In this document: in pieces, positions 39,201 to 53,297 of the stretch | Position numbering within the stretch: the stretch's first letter is position 1 | Layout: every line of letters begins with the position of its first letter | Source of the DNA: Protoeuglena noctilucae | Lineage: Eukaryota | Assembly (NCBI GenBank): GCA_958009085.1 | Contig: OY253674.1 | Location: 1,116,001-1,180,000, forward strand | Direction of reading: 5' to 3' | Length of the DNA: 64,000 nucleotides | Made by a program: the position numbers and the translations under genes | Notes under the pieces: model-generated | What the model was told of the DNA's origin: nothing | Databases searched by the model: none | What the model saw: the letters and a program-made list of their open reading frames with translations, nothing else

Positions 39201-41330
39201 GACACTCAGGCAGAGGCAAGCAAGCAAGCGGCCAGTCCCACCACCAGCTGCCTCACAGCTACCACCCGCACCCTCACTAGGTGCCTCACTGCTACCGCCA
39301 CCCCTACCAGCTGCCTCACCGCTACCCCTGCACCACCTCTACCCCCACCCTGACCGCGTAACCCCCCCCTCACCCCCAGCTCCATCACCAATGCTACCCC
39401 CCCCCCCCCCCCCCTCACCAGCTGCACCAGCTCCTCGTTCTCTACCGAGCTCTTGATGTTGCGCACGAAGAGCGTGCGACTGGGGTACTCCCCATTTGGG
39501 TGCTCCCCAGGACGCAGACTCGCAACGTCAAAGCCGGCCACGCTCGGGTCGGGCGAGATGCCCGGGGCAGGCGTGACCGAGTCTACTGCGCTGGACAGCG
39601 TGGAGCTAGACCAGTTGCGGTCCATCCCGGGAGCCCTGCGCGCGCCGGGGGGGCCCCCTGGGACACCAATCCCGGGCTGGCCAGGGCGGGAGAGACCCAG
39701 GAGCGCCGGGTGGCCGCCGTTGCTGCGCAGGGGCACGCCCGCCCACGTCCCGTTGGCCTGCAGCGTCGCGGACGCGCCGAGGACGGCCTGCAAGGCGTCG
39801 GGGGGGCGCGCCGCGGGTCCCGGGCCCATGGGCGGGGGCTTGGGCAGCATCCCCGGCGCCAGGGCCCTGTGCGGGATGCCCGCCATGGCCTGCTGCGGCA
39901 GGCTCATGTTCCCGTTCATTCCCATCGCGGAGTTCTGGAAGGCGACGGGGCTGCGGGCGGGGAGAGGCGGGTGCGAACGGGTGAGCGTGCGCTACGTGGG
40001 TGATGAACAAAGTGCGAAGAGGGTGGGCCATGAGCGAGTGGGCCATGACATTGCGTCCTGCGCATCGTGGCATGTCGTGTCGCTCCTGGCGGGGCTCACT
40101 TGTACGCCTGCTGCGCCTGCGCCTGCCGCCGGGCGTTGAGGAGGTGCGGCGCCGGCAGGCCCTCGTGCGCGAGGGTGCCCCCGGGGACGCCCTGCTGCTG
40201 CAGGAGCGCGCCGCTGGGGACGCCGCTAAACTGGAGCTGCAGGGCCGCCAGCGTCTGGATCTGCAAGAACGAGGAGTCAGCGATTGGCGACCAGAAGTGG
40301 GCATGGAAGCGGCGGGCCAGTGCGCGCGTTCCTCGCAGCCCGGTCACACCTGGTGAGAAAGCAGCACGGACTGCGGCTGGCCCGCCCCACCGTACACCGG
40401 AGGCGCGGAGGCGGGCAGGGGCGGCGTCCGGTTCATGGGGTGCATGGACTGCTGCTGTTGCTGCTGCTGTTGTTGCTGGAGCTGCATCAGCTGGTGCATG
40501 AGCTGTTGTTGCGACACCGCGGCCTGGGTCGTGGGGGGGCGGTGCATCGGGACCTGGGACATGGGCGGCTGGCCCCGGGCGTCGGCAGACGAGACGGCGA
40601 GGATGAGGTTGCTGAGGTGCGCCTGTTGCGCAGCCGACGGGTTCGAAGGGACCTGCGCGCGCCCCTGGGCCAGGTGCTGCCCCAACGCCGCCAGGAGGGC
40701 CGCATCGGCCGGGTTGCCGCCCCCCCGCTGCTGCCCGGCCGCGAGGCGCGCGGCCGCCTGCGCCAGCGCGTCCTGGGACACGGCCGGCGGCCCCGCATCG
40801 TAGCTCGCGGGCCCGGTTGGGAGCGCGTCGCCCCGTGAGGTTCGGTTGGCCCCGCCCGGGGCGGACGACAGGCCCAGGTCGCCGAAGGGGCCCTGGAGGC
40901 CCAGGTCCGGGAACGAGCTCGGCTCCTCCCTCGCCAGATGCGCATCCCCGGCGGCCTCCGTGAAGAAGGAGTCGAAGCGGTTGAAGCTCGACCAAAACTG
41001 CGGGTCCTCCAAGTCGTGCCCCTCCCCCGCCCCGCTGCGCGCGAAAGTGGGAAAGGTCTTCGCGCGGTGCCACTCTGCCTTCATCCAGAACAAAGCAGCC
41101 AGCTGAGGGCCTCCCCCGCGCCCCGGAGCGAACGCCCACCTGGCAGGGACGTGTGTGGCCGGAAAGGCGCCCTGGGCTCCTGGGTCCGCCCCGGATGAGC
41201 TATGCATGGGCCCCGCAGCCCACATGCCGCCGTTCGGATTGGCGCCGTGGCGCCCGCCGTCCCACGCGGGGAACGAGCCGTCCCCGGAGACGCTCACGGT
41301 CGGACCCCTCCCCTCGTCCAGATCCGACAT
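36239..41330 (-). CDS. MEI2-like RNA-binding protein (3 RRMs, AML type)
   Basis: RRM1 [10 protein letters not shown]...[20 protein letters not shown]...[12 protein letters not shown]2 [10 protein letters not shown]...[13 protein letters not shown]3 [16 protein letters not shown]...[22 protein letters not shown]...[17 protein letters not shown]. PolyQ at ~40450-40505. Terminal exons tentative. Confidence 0.93.
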
Positions 41331-41979
41331 CTCGACCTCTGCACGCAGAAACGCGCAAGATCTAGCGCGGTTGGACTTACGCCCGCGTTTCGCAGGCCAG
41401 GACCCACGCAAAGGTGACAAAAGGCGAACGGGGGGCGCAACGCGCCGATCCGTCGCCACAGACGACAAACATACCAGCGAAGACCGGCATCACGGGAGCA
41501 GGGGGGCTCGGGGGGACGCGTGCGACCCCCGGGGCCGAGCTCAGAACGAATTCCCTGTCTCGAAGGATTCGGACACACACAGCGCATCCCAACCTCAGGG
41601 GGCACGAGAGGAGCTCGTCCGCATGCGGAAGCGCACGGCCCCGGGTGCGCGCAGGCAGCGAGCGCCACGCAGCCCTCCGCGCGTCGCGTTCCCCACCTGA
41701 AGCCTCAGGATCCGGCCCGGCAAAGGCCCTGCCACGCGTCCATTCACTTCAATGCTGTCTCTTCACCAGTGGCTAAGCTCGGACGGCTTCTTTGGGGCGA
41801 CAGAGCGGCGAGAGCATGACGCACAGGCCAAGCAGAAGTTTAAAGGCATAACACCGGTCTCTTGCCAACACGCAGTCGCCAACGGACGGAAATGGCATGA
41901 TAGAGTTCTGGCGACGCAGAGTACGGCCAAAGACTGGGTCGGACGTGCGACAACAGCCCCTTCTGACAAAAACGCCAAG

Positions 41980-44900
41980 CTACCAAAGGCCCATGCTGAC
42001 GGCTCGGGTGACAAACGACTGCGATCGCGTTCCACGAGTGCGACCGAGATCTTGGAGATCTTGGGCCCGCACCGGATCCCGAGTCACAGGCCCCTCGCGC
42101 GGGATCACGGCCAAGTCCTCGCCAGTGGCTGTGGCGGGCAGGGCGATTGGGGGCAGGGGCCCGGCGGTGACGAGGTCGTGCCACGCCAGCAGCACCTCTC
42201 GGCTCATGCGAATGATCTTGCGCGCGCGCACGCGCCAGATTCCCTGGTACAGCACCTGCGTGGGCGGAGCAGCGAGGGGCGTGACGTGTGACCTGCAGGC
42301 GGCCGATCGCGATCGCCAGGCGCGTCCGCCTCTCACCTGCCACTCCAGCAAAGCGTTATCAGCTTCCTTGGTCGCCGCCCTCGCCGCCCGCGTCTCTTGC
42401 GACACGTCCAAGCCGGGGGAGGGTGCGACATCCTCGCCCCCGTCGCCCTCCGCCCCCGGGCTGGCCGCAGGGGTGCCGCCAGCCAGCCCCGCCCGCTCGC
42501 CGCCCGCCTCGCGCGTGCCTCTGCGCTCGGCGTGCGCCTGTGCGGGGCTAGCAGTGCTGAAGGGTGCCTGAGCGGGTCTTGGTACAGCTGCCCTGTCGGG
42601 GCTAGCAGGGCTGAATGGCGCTCGCTCGGAGCTCTCTGGGCTGTAGACGGCGTTGGAATAGACGACGAAGGGGCTCTGGCTCCCCAGCGCAGGGACGGGG
42701 CTTGGGGCCACCCCCGGCGCAGTCGGGGCACCGGGTCTGTCAGGGACGGGACCCACACTGCGCTCCTGGGGACCCGTGGCAGCCGTCTCCGCACCCGCCA
42801 CGCCCGGTGCCCTGCTCTGCCCTTCCTGGCGGGGCGAGGGTGACTGACCCATGAGTGCGCATGACCCCGACTGGGCTCTCAACCCAGGTCCCGGGCTGTG
42901 AGGGTGACCCGCAAATGGGCTGGCGCTCTCCGGGGGCCTGGGAGGAGAGACAAATTGTTGTAAGTGAGACGGCCGGGCGCATAGGCATCAACATAAGCTG
43001 CTTGCAGCGGTTCATGTTGCTGACGCCTCACCTGGGGGAAACACGGCCGTCGTCATCGTCGTCATCCGATGCGTCAAACGGGTCACATGCGGCCCCCGAA
43101 TGCGCGTGCTCCAGCGCTGGTGCCCCGCCAGGACCCACGGGCGCATCCGCCGCAGCGACCGGGCCGCCCGTCTCGCGGAGCACAGGGTCAGTTGCACGAC
43201 GGTCGCCGCCATTGCTGCCGACTGCCCCGGCCCCCGCGTGTGCTCCCCTCGTGACCTCTACCTGTCCATTGCGGCTTTGGCTCCCCTCTCTCGGCTCCCC
43301 GACCGCCCCTGCCCTCCCCCCACTCGCGCCAACACCCCCAGCCCCAGGCGAATCCATGCCGGCCCCCTTCCCAGCACCCCCATCACTCCCCACCCTTTCC
43401 ATCTCCTCCATCAGAATCAACTCCGCTTCCGCGTCGGCCAGCAAACCCCGCAGAGAAAGGCCCCGCGACCCCGGCCCCGCCCCCGCTGCCCCACCCCGCC
43501 GAAACGCATGGCCCGCACCCCGGCCCCCTCCCCCTCTCGCTGCGGGCAGCTGGTCCCCGGGGCCCAGACTGATCTCGCTGTGGCTGCTCCGCGCGCTGCC
43601 CCCTCCGTCGCCCCTGTCCGGCACCGCCGATCGGTGCGGAGGCGGCGAGGCAGGGGCTGGCCCGGACCCACCCGAGCCTGGCCTGGCCCGGCCGGCGCTG
43701 GGCTCGCCGCCATCCAAGCGGACGGGCACCGCGCTGAGCTCCGCCAGGCGCCGCACAGCGCCCTGCCGGTCCCGGAGGCCACCCTGGGGTGACGTGCCCA
43801 TTGCAGGGGCCAGGCCAGTCTCGGACCATCCCCCTGCACGCCACCACAAAGCAAAAGTAAGGGTTCGATACGCATCAGCTGGCCACCGGCACTCGCCTCC
43901 AAGCGTGGCCGGCATCGGTGCAGCGACTGCCTGGGTGGTACTACCAGCAGCAACACAGCATGACTGCCGTCGCCCCCACACTCACCCGTCCTCCTGTCGT
44001 CTGCGTGGCGCATCGCGAGCCTCCAGGCATGCAGGGCCCTGCGGGTGAGTTGCCTCCGGCGCAGGCGTGTCGATGCTTGCACCATTCGCTTGGCGTCCAA
44101 CGCAGCCCGACCCAGGTCGGCCCAATCCCGGAAGGCACGCCGCGTCAGGGAGCGCAGGTACGCGACCCCAATCGACCGGTCCATCTGTGGAGGCGGTGAG
44201 GCGGCATGGTGAGATGAGCGACGATGGAACGATGGGTGCATGCAACATGCCGCAGCAAGCAGCCCCTTAGGTATCTATCATCCTACACAGGGTTAGGGCT
44301 CAACACCCAGCTGCCTCGCTCTCAAAGCCATCACCCCACACCAACACCCCCCCACGCTGTCCAGCTCAAACCCATCACCCCACCCCTGTACACCAAAACC
44401 CCCGTCGCCTCACTTGCTCGAGTCGTGACTGATCGACCGCAGCCTCCATGGCCCGCACCGCCTCCTCCTCGGACACCAGCCCGCGCTGCACTGGCGACGT
44501 GCTCGCAGTTTCTGGCGAGATCTCCGACACCTCGCCCGCCCGGTTGACCGGCGAAGCGGCTTGTGACGCCACTTCGTGCAACCGGGGGCTCCCGTCTCCC
44601 TCCACAGAGACGTCCATGAACGCCACCGACTCCTCCCCGCCGTCCGTGTTATCGGTTCGATCCACGGCGGCGTCTGAGACGCTCGTGTCCACCAGAAAGA
44701 CCGCCGCCCGGCCTCCCCGCGCGGCCCCGCATTCCCCGCCCAGGGTACCCACGCGCGCCGCCGACGCCTCCGGAGTCGCCGCGGCCCGGGCGGCGTCTGC
44801 TGAAACACGCGCACTAGCACCGGCACTGGCGTCCCCGGCCGGGGTGCCCCGCGGGACGCTGCGGCTGCGATTCCCCCCTTGTGCTGCTTGGGCTCCTGCC

Positions 44901-47512
44901 GGGGCGCCATACCTCGCACGTGCCAGCTCCTGAAGCTGTGGGGCGTCAATGGGGGGTGGTAGTGGTGAGCATATTACCCCTGCGACAGATACACTGCAGA
45001 CGCCCACATCCACCCCGCTGTCCTTTGCAACACCTCCCTCACACATGTTGCACTGCGCCACTGCCACCCTCCTCACCAGCATGCTGCACTGCACCACTGC
45101 CGCCCTCCTCGACCAACATGCTGCCCCGCATCACTGCCACCCTCCTCACCAGCATGCTGCACTCCACGTCCCTCTCTTCCAACTGAGCCATGGCCTCCTT
45201 GATCACACGCTGCTGCTCCTCAACCTGCCGACGCAGCAACTCCACCTTGCGGTCCCGGTGGGCCAGAGCCTCCCTGCCACAACGAGAAGGGCAACGAGGG
45301 TCGATGGTGACGAGGCCAGTCCTTGTGAGCCAACGCATCACAACTTATGAGGGGAAGCATTCAACACTGTTGCCCCCCCCCCCCCCGCCCCTCCGCACTC
45401 ACCGCAGCACCCCCACGGCCCCTCCCCACTCACCGCAGCATCCCCGCCTGCTCCTCCGCCCGCCTGGCCCTCTCCGGCGCCTCCGGGTCCGTCCAAGGCC
45501 TCGCGGCGTCCGCCCCCGCCGCCTGCGGGTGCCCCAGTGCCACGTCGCGCGACCACGACGCCACGGGCCGCCCCAGCAGGTCCTCCCAGGTCACGCGGAC
45601 GCGCAGGTCGTGCGAGACGCGTGCCCCGTGGCTGTCGCGGTCCGTCACGCCATCAGGGTCAGGGTCGCGTGGGTCCATCGCCACCGACACCGACAGGCGG
45701 CCCTTGGCGCGGAGGCCGCGGGTGGCGCCGCGGGGAGCCGACGAGGCGCCCACGTTCACCGACTGCGGGAGACGGGGGGCAAGGGGTGCGGGTTTGCACG
45801 ACAGGGGCATTGCCGTTTCGTATTTCGGACATACTGATACTGAGCAACAGCAGATGCAACGCACACGACGGCCCGGGTATCGTACACGCCAGCCTGGCGC
45901 ATCTGAGACCCTGCACCGTCTCCCATGCCCCCATGCGACCACTCGCCTCGACCTTGCCAGTGGCTCGCATCTCAAAACGCTCCAGCATGCCCCCGCCCTC
46001 GCGCTTGCTGGCCGCCATGACCAGGCTCGGCTGCCCCGTGATGTGGAAGGGGCCGGAGCCCCGCAGCGGCACCGTCAGTCCCGATGGGGGAGCGGGGGAG
46101 GCGTACCGGCGATGCGCTGCGACGTACTCCGTGGAACGCTGGGGGAACGAGCGACGGGGGCGGTGGGTTTGATGATGAAAATGCGTAGAGAAGCAGATGC
46201 TATGAGCCCGATTGTATAGCTACGGTAGGAACATCTCGCTTTGCCCCGTTACTCCCCACCAGCGGTGGTAAGCGCCCAGAGCCTCACCACCGCCACCATG
46301 CAGCCCTCTCCTGCCCTCCCCTCAGCTCTCACCTCTCTCCTCGCCCACAGACACCCTCTCCTGCCCACCCCTCACCTCTCTCCTGGCCCAGAGCCACACC
46401 CACCCCTGCCCACCCCTCAGCCCTCACCTCTCTCCTCGCCGGCGACCCCCACGCGTGCGAGAAGCTCTCGTCCCCCGACCGCAGCGAGCGGTTGAAGGAG
46501 GTGGGGGATGCCCTGGCGGGGTCGGGGAAGTTCTCTCGCAGTGACCGGTGCCAATCTGACACGCGGGCGTGGAGCGTGGCCTCCCTGGGACGCAGGTAAA
46601 GAGAGGGAGAGTCGTGTGTGAGACGGTGACTAAGATGGTGATGACATGGAGCTTTGCAACAGAGCGCCTCTGTGTGAGCGCATGCAGTAGCACAGCCGGG
46701 TTTGCTTACAACGTCTGTAAAGATCAGACCAAGCCGGGTACCGGTGGGCCACTGCACCGCTCCTGAGATCGCTCACCGCAGGCCCTCCCCAAAGCGCCGC
46801 TCCCGGCCACTCAGGAAGGACGGCAGCATCCCGGAGCCCCACGACACTTGGAAGCTCCGCTCGCTGGACATGGCGCGGAGCTGCGGGGTACGAAAGGGCC
46901 CTGTCACGTGTACTTGTTCCGAAAAGCACGTCACGCTCGCTCGTCCCAGGCAAGCGCTGGGACAAACTCACCCCGGCAGTGCGGCTGAGAGGAGAGGCGA
47001 GGCTGCGCCATAACGAAGTAGCCCAGGCCGGGGTAGCGGCAGGGGAGGGGCCCCCGCCGGCAGTGGAGGGGCGGGGAGGGATGTCGACGGTCGGGTGCAC
47101 GCGTGGGGTGGCGCGGGGACCAAAGGGCCGCTCGGCGCTGGGGCGCGGCGCGTCCCACTGTGCGCCAGCGACGGCCGGGCGCGCAGCCGGGGCGCTCGTC
47201 GGCCTGGCAGCAGGTGCGGGCGCGGGTGCGGGGGAGGCGGGGCCGAGGCCTGCCCCTCGAGCCGGGACCCGCGGCCGCAACTGCTCCCCAGCCGGGGTGC
47301 GGGTGCCCGCGGCGGGCATCGGTGCGGCGAACGCGGCGGGGGCGTCGAAGGAGGCGGCGGCGGGTGCGGGTGGCCGCCTGCGTGGCGTGGACCCACCCCA
47401 CGGCGCCGGGGACGCGTGGGCCGCCCACAGGTCCGGGGCCATGATGTCGCACTTGCCGACCTCGGTGGAGAGCTTGCGCTTGAGGACTCCCGAGGGGCGC
47501 CAGGGAGGGGTC
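41980..47512 (-). CDS. Large low-complexity/coiled-coil protein with Sfi1-like (centrin-binding-type) Trp repeats; 5' end uncertain
   Basis: Segments LRSLTRRAFRDWADL, RRQLTRRALHAWRLAM and RMSREVLLAWHDLV. Coiled coil EALAHRDRKVELLRRQVEEQQRVIKEAMAQLEERDVE. Many GT-AG exons; further upstream exons up to ~48600 are possible. Confidence 0.5.
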
Positions 47513-48895
47513 TGCCCGCGTTGAGGGGAACTGCGGAGGGAGTGACAAGGTGCAGTTGCGCCCCATGGGGCCCTGCGCGCCCGGGACCAAGCTGGGACGT
47601 CTCCCATGAGGTCCTGTGCATTGACACATGCTATATACTGCTCGCCTGGGTCGCATCCTGGCGCTTGGCGCTCCCGGCGATCCGAAGCGGCCGTCCTGCG
47701 GCACCTGCTTGCAGAGTAACCAGCGAGCGACACCATGAGGCAAGGCGGCGTGGCACGCTGCACTACGAGATGAAGTCGCGTGGCAGCTCGCGCACCTGCT
47801 CGCAGTCCGCCCGGACAGGGCCACGCGACATGCTCATCGTTGCAGCCCCCAGCTGGCGGCCTGCCGCGACCCCGAATGCTCGCGAGAGCTTCACGCCCTC
47901 GAGTTACGCAGCCCTGACGCCTCGCGTGCTTGTGGCTCCGCGGACACGCCGATTAGGGAACGCACTAGGGCGTTGTTGACGCCTGCGTATGTTGCCGCGA
48001 TGACGCCCTGTCACGTCGCGATGCCCTCACGGAGTGAGCGGACGTCAACCAATGTTTCGACAAAGCACGTGGCGGACCAGGCAGGGCGAGGTTTCCGCTT
48101 GGGCGAGCACACATGCTGCAACAACAGCTGGCGTGAGCCCTCGCGACGTATCCGCGCTCGTCAGGCCTAGCTGAGCGCGCGGCAGTGTGAAGCTCCGCTG
48201 GAGTCGAGGCATGGCGGGCTCTTGGGTCCCCTGACGTGGGTCCAGACTGGCGCGGTCTGGCGCACGGCGCTCGCTCGCTCGCTCCAACCGGCCCTGGCAT
48301 CCGTTGGCCCCGGCAGTCTGCCGTGGATCCCTGGTGTCTGCTGCAACGCCGTGTGAACCGCTGATCCTTGAAAGCAGCGGCGAGGACCTGGGAACTTCGC
48401 ATGCGCAAGCCGCAGGTGAGTGGATGAACATCTCTAGCTTACATCTCATCTGATATCACGATTTCAGAGCGAGCGGCGGGGCCCCACCGAGGCCGGTGGA
48501 GGCCCGATGCGTTGACGCGGCCCCAGAGTCGGCCCGCGGGTCCCGATGTCGCCGGAAGCGCCGCGTGCTGCCTCCCATCTGTGCGTTCATCATGCTCCGA
48601 GTCGCCACTGCGCCTTCGCGCCGCCCGGATGCGCGCTGGTCGCGGCGTCAGCGCGAAGGCTGCGGGTTGACGCTCGATGCGGACCGTAGCGAGCAGCCTC
48701 TGGCCATCTCCGCTTGAAACTAGCGTCGCGCGGGCCTCGCAGAGGTCGTTGGTGCACCGCGGGCTCTGCGCGGCCGTTTCCCACACCCAAACCTTGTCGA
48801 GCGTTTCCCGTGCCGCTCAGCGCCTATCCTACCCGATTCTGTTCTCAGTGAGGAGCTACATCGCTAAAGAAGTGCACGACAGGGCGCGGACGACG

Positions 48896-51800
48896 ATGAG
48901 GCGCTCCCGCGTCGTGGCCATGCTGGCCGCGGTGCTCTGCATGTGTGGGCCTCGCGCAGCGCCTGCGCAGCGTCGTGCGGGCCCCTACCGCCCTCGTCGC
49001 AACGTATACAGTCGATCCTTAACGTCGGTTGGCTCATTCCCCCTCCGCAGGCTTCTGCTGGGCCTGGCGGGGGCGTCGCGGATGGGCGTCTTTGGGGACG
49101 CGGACTCGCGCGATGCCATCGCCGCGCAGGGCCCCCTCGAGGATGCCCTCCGGTTCCGTGGCAGGGCTCTCATGGAGTACAAGGCGAGCTGCCGCGGGAC
49201 GAGGCGGGCTCCCCGGGGCCGGCCCTGCTCGCCACCAGCCCCGCTGCCACGGTGGGCCGCCCGTGACGACAGCCGCGACCTCCGCCCGCAGGCTCCCTCG
49301 TACCGGTGGCCCTACAAGCAGCGCTACGACCCCCGGACCGGCAAGCACTACCAGGGCGGCTTCGTCAACCCGTTCGACTCGAGCGCAAACGGCAGCCTCA
49401 GCGACCAGAACTCGGCCAGCTACAAGTACCTCGTCAGCACGGCCGCGCTGGGTCTGCCATTCTTCGCCCTCATGATCATCTTCTTCATCTTCTACCTCAT
49501 CTTCGGCCTCGTCCGCTTCATCGTGAGTTGCCGCCAGACCGCGGCGTGCATGGTTGCCCATGTCACCCGTCGAGAGCTCTGCCGCGAAGCAAGAGCCGCG
49601 TTGCCCCGCCGCAGTGCTGCTGCTGCGGCAAGGGCTGCTGCCCGCGCCCCAAGGAGGGCGGCTACAGCGAGACTCACCGGTGGGTGGTGCGCGGTATCCT
49701 CACGGCCCTCACGGTGGCCATCATGATCGGCGCCATCCTCGTCTACGTCTCCGCGGGCGACATCCCCAAGTCTGTCGGCAACGACTACCACGGTGTCAAG
49801 GCAAGGCATTTGATGCGCAGTCAAGTGTTGTTAAGCGGTCGCGACCGTGGCATCCATGTCCGCTGTTACTAGAGCACCAACAGCGTCGTCTGTGCCTGTG
49901 CCGTTGTTCTCTGGCGCCGCCCTCACTCTCTGCCCCTGCTTGCGCCATCCCCAGGGCCTGGTGGGCGTGACGGTGGACGACACAGACGCGATGCTCACGA
50001 TGGTGGACGACATGATCAACCTGGTCGACTCGACGGGCACGAGCATGAAGAGCGTGGTGGACAGCCTCGACACGTCTTTGAAGGCGCGGGGAGTGCCCGT
50101 GACGTTCAACTCCAAGGACGTCGACAGCGTCATCGACTCGGCCATCAGCGCCGTAGACAACTTCCAGGCACGCACCGCAGGCCCTGCTGTCCCTCGCTGT
50201 TCATGGGTGAATCCCCAACTTGTGGATTCAAGTCCACTTCCGTCCCGCCCATACCTGCGTCATTGCATGGGTTGGAAGGGTTGCGGGTTCGAATCCCTCT
50301 CTCGTCCGTCCCCGCAGAGCAACGTGGACAGCCTCAAGACCAAGATCAACAACGCGGTGAAGGACGTGGACAATTACATGTCTAAGATCAACACGTACAT
50401 CATCATCGCCGCCGCCGTCTTCGGGGGCTTCTCCATCATCCTCCTCCTCTTCGCCCTCTGGGGGATCAAGGCGAGACCAGGCGGCACGCTCGTAGGGATT
50501 CGCATGACGTTATAGATGTTATGAGCATCTACGTAAACATCTGTGGCATCCGCTGACGAAGACAGCGACACCCGCCCCGTCGCAGGCCATTGTCGTCATC
50601 GGCTTCATCCTCACGCCCGTCTTCGTGGTCATCTCCCTGCTGCTGGCCGGCGTGGGCATCATCCTCGCCACCTTCCTCACTGACATCTGCTTCGAGCTGC
50701 AGGTGAGCACGCCGCTCATGCTCCGCCCGCCCCACAGCACGTTTCCGGCCCCACACCCGCCCAAGCACCCATCAGTCCCCCAGCCAGGCCTGCCGTGCAC
50801 CCATGCCGGCCCCGCTAACCACGCATGGATGCCTGCCCCGCCCGCTTACGCACCTATGCCAACCCCCCCACACGGCCACACACGCAGAAGATGATCGACG
50901 TCTTCGACACCCAGGGCGCCAAGGAGGCCTCGCAAACGCCCATCGCCTCGGGCATGCTCCCCTGCCTCAGCGACAGCCAGGTCGACGAGGTGCTGCAGCC
51001 CACGCTGCAGTTCGGCAACACGGCCGTCTACATCCACCAGTTCGCCCAGGTGACAACTCGCAAAGCATGCCCCCGTTTACCTCCGATGCTTGCGCGGACC
51101 CACCAAACAGCTCCCTGCGATAGGCTACGCTGCTCGGCTCAGTTGCCTGTTGTTGATGAACCGCTGCAGTGACTATGTGACTCTGTGTCCCCGTCCCATC
51201 GACTCCAGATCTCCGACAAGGCCCTGGCGTACAAGAACAAGACGACGTCCGCGCCCACGGCCGCCGACCGGGGCAGCCTGTGCTTCCGCTACGACACGTC
51301 CTGCACGGTCGTCAACGAGACGTCGCAGCCCAGCTACAACGAGCAGTGCGTGGCGACGTGCTCCGAGACCACGCAGGACGCCGTCGCGGGGCCCAGCAGC
51401 AGCAGCAGCAGCAGCAGCAGCTCTGGTGTCTTCCCCACCGCCAAATGTGAGACGCAAGCGCTGATGCCATCTATGTCATTGCCCTGCTGTTGTGCCGACC
51501 CCGCTGCTCTGCCGACACCGCTCTCCTTGCCGCTCCGCTGCGCAGTACCCAGACCTGTAAACGGGGGTCCGCGTGGCGCTGCCTGACCACCCATCCTACT
51601 GCCGCGCCTGCGACCCACGCCGCACCCTCGCCCCCGCAGCTACCATCGAGACGATCGCTTTGGCCAACGGCGACGCGTCGTACAAGTACAACCTCACCGT
51701 GCCGTTCGTCACGTCCAGCAACACGACCCCGGGCCCCAAGTACGTCTCGGTCCCGTCTACCGTGTCGTCTTCCGACATCAGCACGTACCAGACCAACCTC

Positions 51801-52676
51801 GACGCCTTTAACAGCGGCTTGCCCTGGCAAGACACCAAGGACACCTCCAGCTACGACTCGTTCAAGACCGTTGGGAAGAACGCCCTCGACCTCATGCCCA
51901 GTGAGTGGCGGCTTGATTGAAAGGGGGCGCGGGTCTGCACGTGACGGTCATTCGCTGTTGGGAGGGTGGTGGGGCGACAATGTGGCCGACAGCAGCAAGG
52001 AAGTAGCTGAGCACGACCCGCCCCACCCCACTCAATTGCAGACGTGGAGACGCTGATTGGCGACAAGAGCAACAACGTCGAGTTCTTTGGCCGCTGCCGC
52101 TTCATCTACCGCATCGGCAAGGACGTGGTCGACAAGAACTGCCACAAGATGGACCAGGCCTTCGGATTCTTCTTCGAGGTGAGGGAGAGGATGATGAGAT
52201 GGGGATGGGGTGCCCATGTTCACGGTTGACTGATCGTGATGCCAGACGAGTGGCAATCCTCATGTGGTTGGGGGTGTATCCGGCGACACGACGAACCACA
52301 CGAGTGTCTCTGGCGCGCGTTCCGTCGACCTTAGAGTCCCACTCCGCGTCGCCGCCCCCGCAGGGCTTCGCCGTGATGGGCATCGCCTATGCCGTCGCCT
52401 CCATCTTCTACATCGTGGCCATCCAGCGACTCCCCAAGTCGGCGATGGCTACGAGGGGCAAGATGATCGAGGTGAGAGTCAGTGCCGGGCCACTATGCCA
52501 AGCGACAATCGACTCATCCACATACGTACACAGTAACCCCAATTGGTACCCCGGTTGGTCGCAAATTCATGGGCTCGCGGCCGCATCGATGAATCTGCAA
52601 TGTGGCTCTGCACCTTTAAACGTTTCCCAACGTCTCCCTTCCTCCGCAGGAGGGCGACGACGACGACAAGGCATGA
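48896..52676 (+). CDS. Multi-pass membrane protein of Tweety/prominin-like architecture
   Basis: Signal peptide, TM1 followed by a CCCCGKGCC cluster, TM2, long helical ectodomain, TM3/TM4 then FLTDICFELQ, LPCLS, Cys-containing second ectodomain, final TM FAVMGIAYAVASIFYIVAI. Phase-consistent multi-exon model. Confidence 0.65.
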
Positions 52677-53297
52677 AGCGGCATTAGCATAGCACAGCAC
52701 GGCGCAGCATGCGCCGGCCTTGTCCCGCATGTCCCCCAGAGCACGTATTTGCCACCCCTTTCCCTCTCCAACGCCCCTCCCACCCTCCTAGCTGCACGCC
52801 GCCGGCTGCACGTGGCACGTGATGCAACAAACCTCGCAGCAAAAAAGGACGTCACAGTCTTTTGATGCCGAAATGCTAGACATTCCGTTTCGTTCAATAT
52901 GTGTTTTCCGTGCACATCATCAAGGGGCCCTGCCCCTTTCGTGCCATGGTCAGACTGTGCTGCTGTCAGAATGTGCTGCAGTCCCAGCGAGCCGGCTCTC
53001 CTACCCTCCACGCCCCGCAGAAGGGGCGAGCGTGGGAGGCATGACGCGATCACAGGGTCATGGCGAAGCACGTACCATGGCTAACCTAGAGTGGTGGAAG
53101 AGAGAGGGCGTGCGGCCAGGGAACCATGAGCACAACACATGAGAGAGCATTACTCTCCGCGCGTCTTCAGCTCCCTGTATATATACGTGACAATCATAGG
53201 AACACGGCTTTCAAGTTCTAGCACCGTACGCTTGGTCACATCAAATCGTCCAGCAGTGCTATGCTTGGCCGTCTACTGCAACGCTGTTCGTCGTCAA

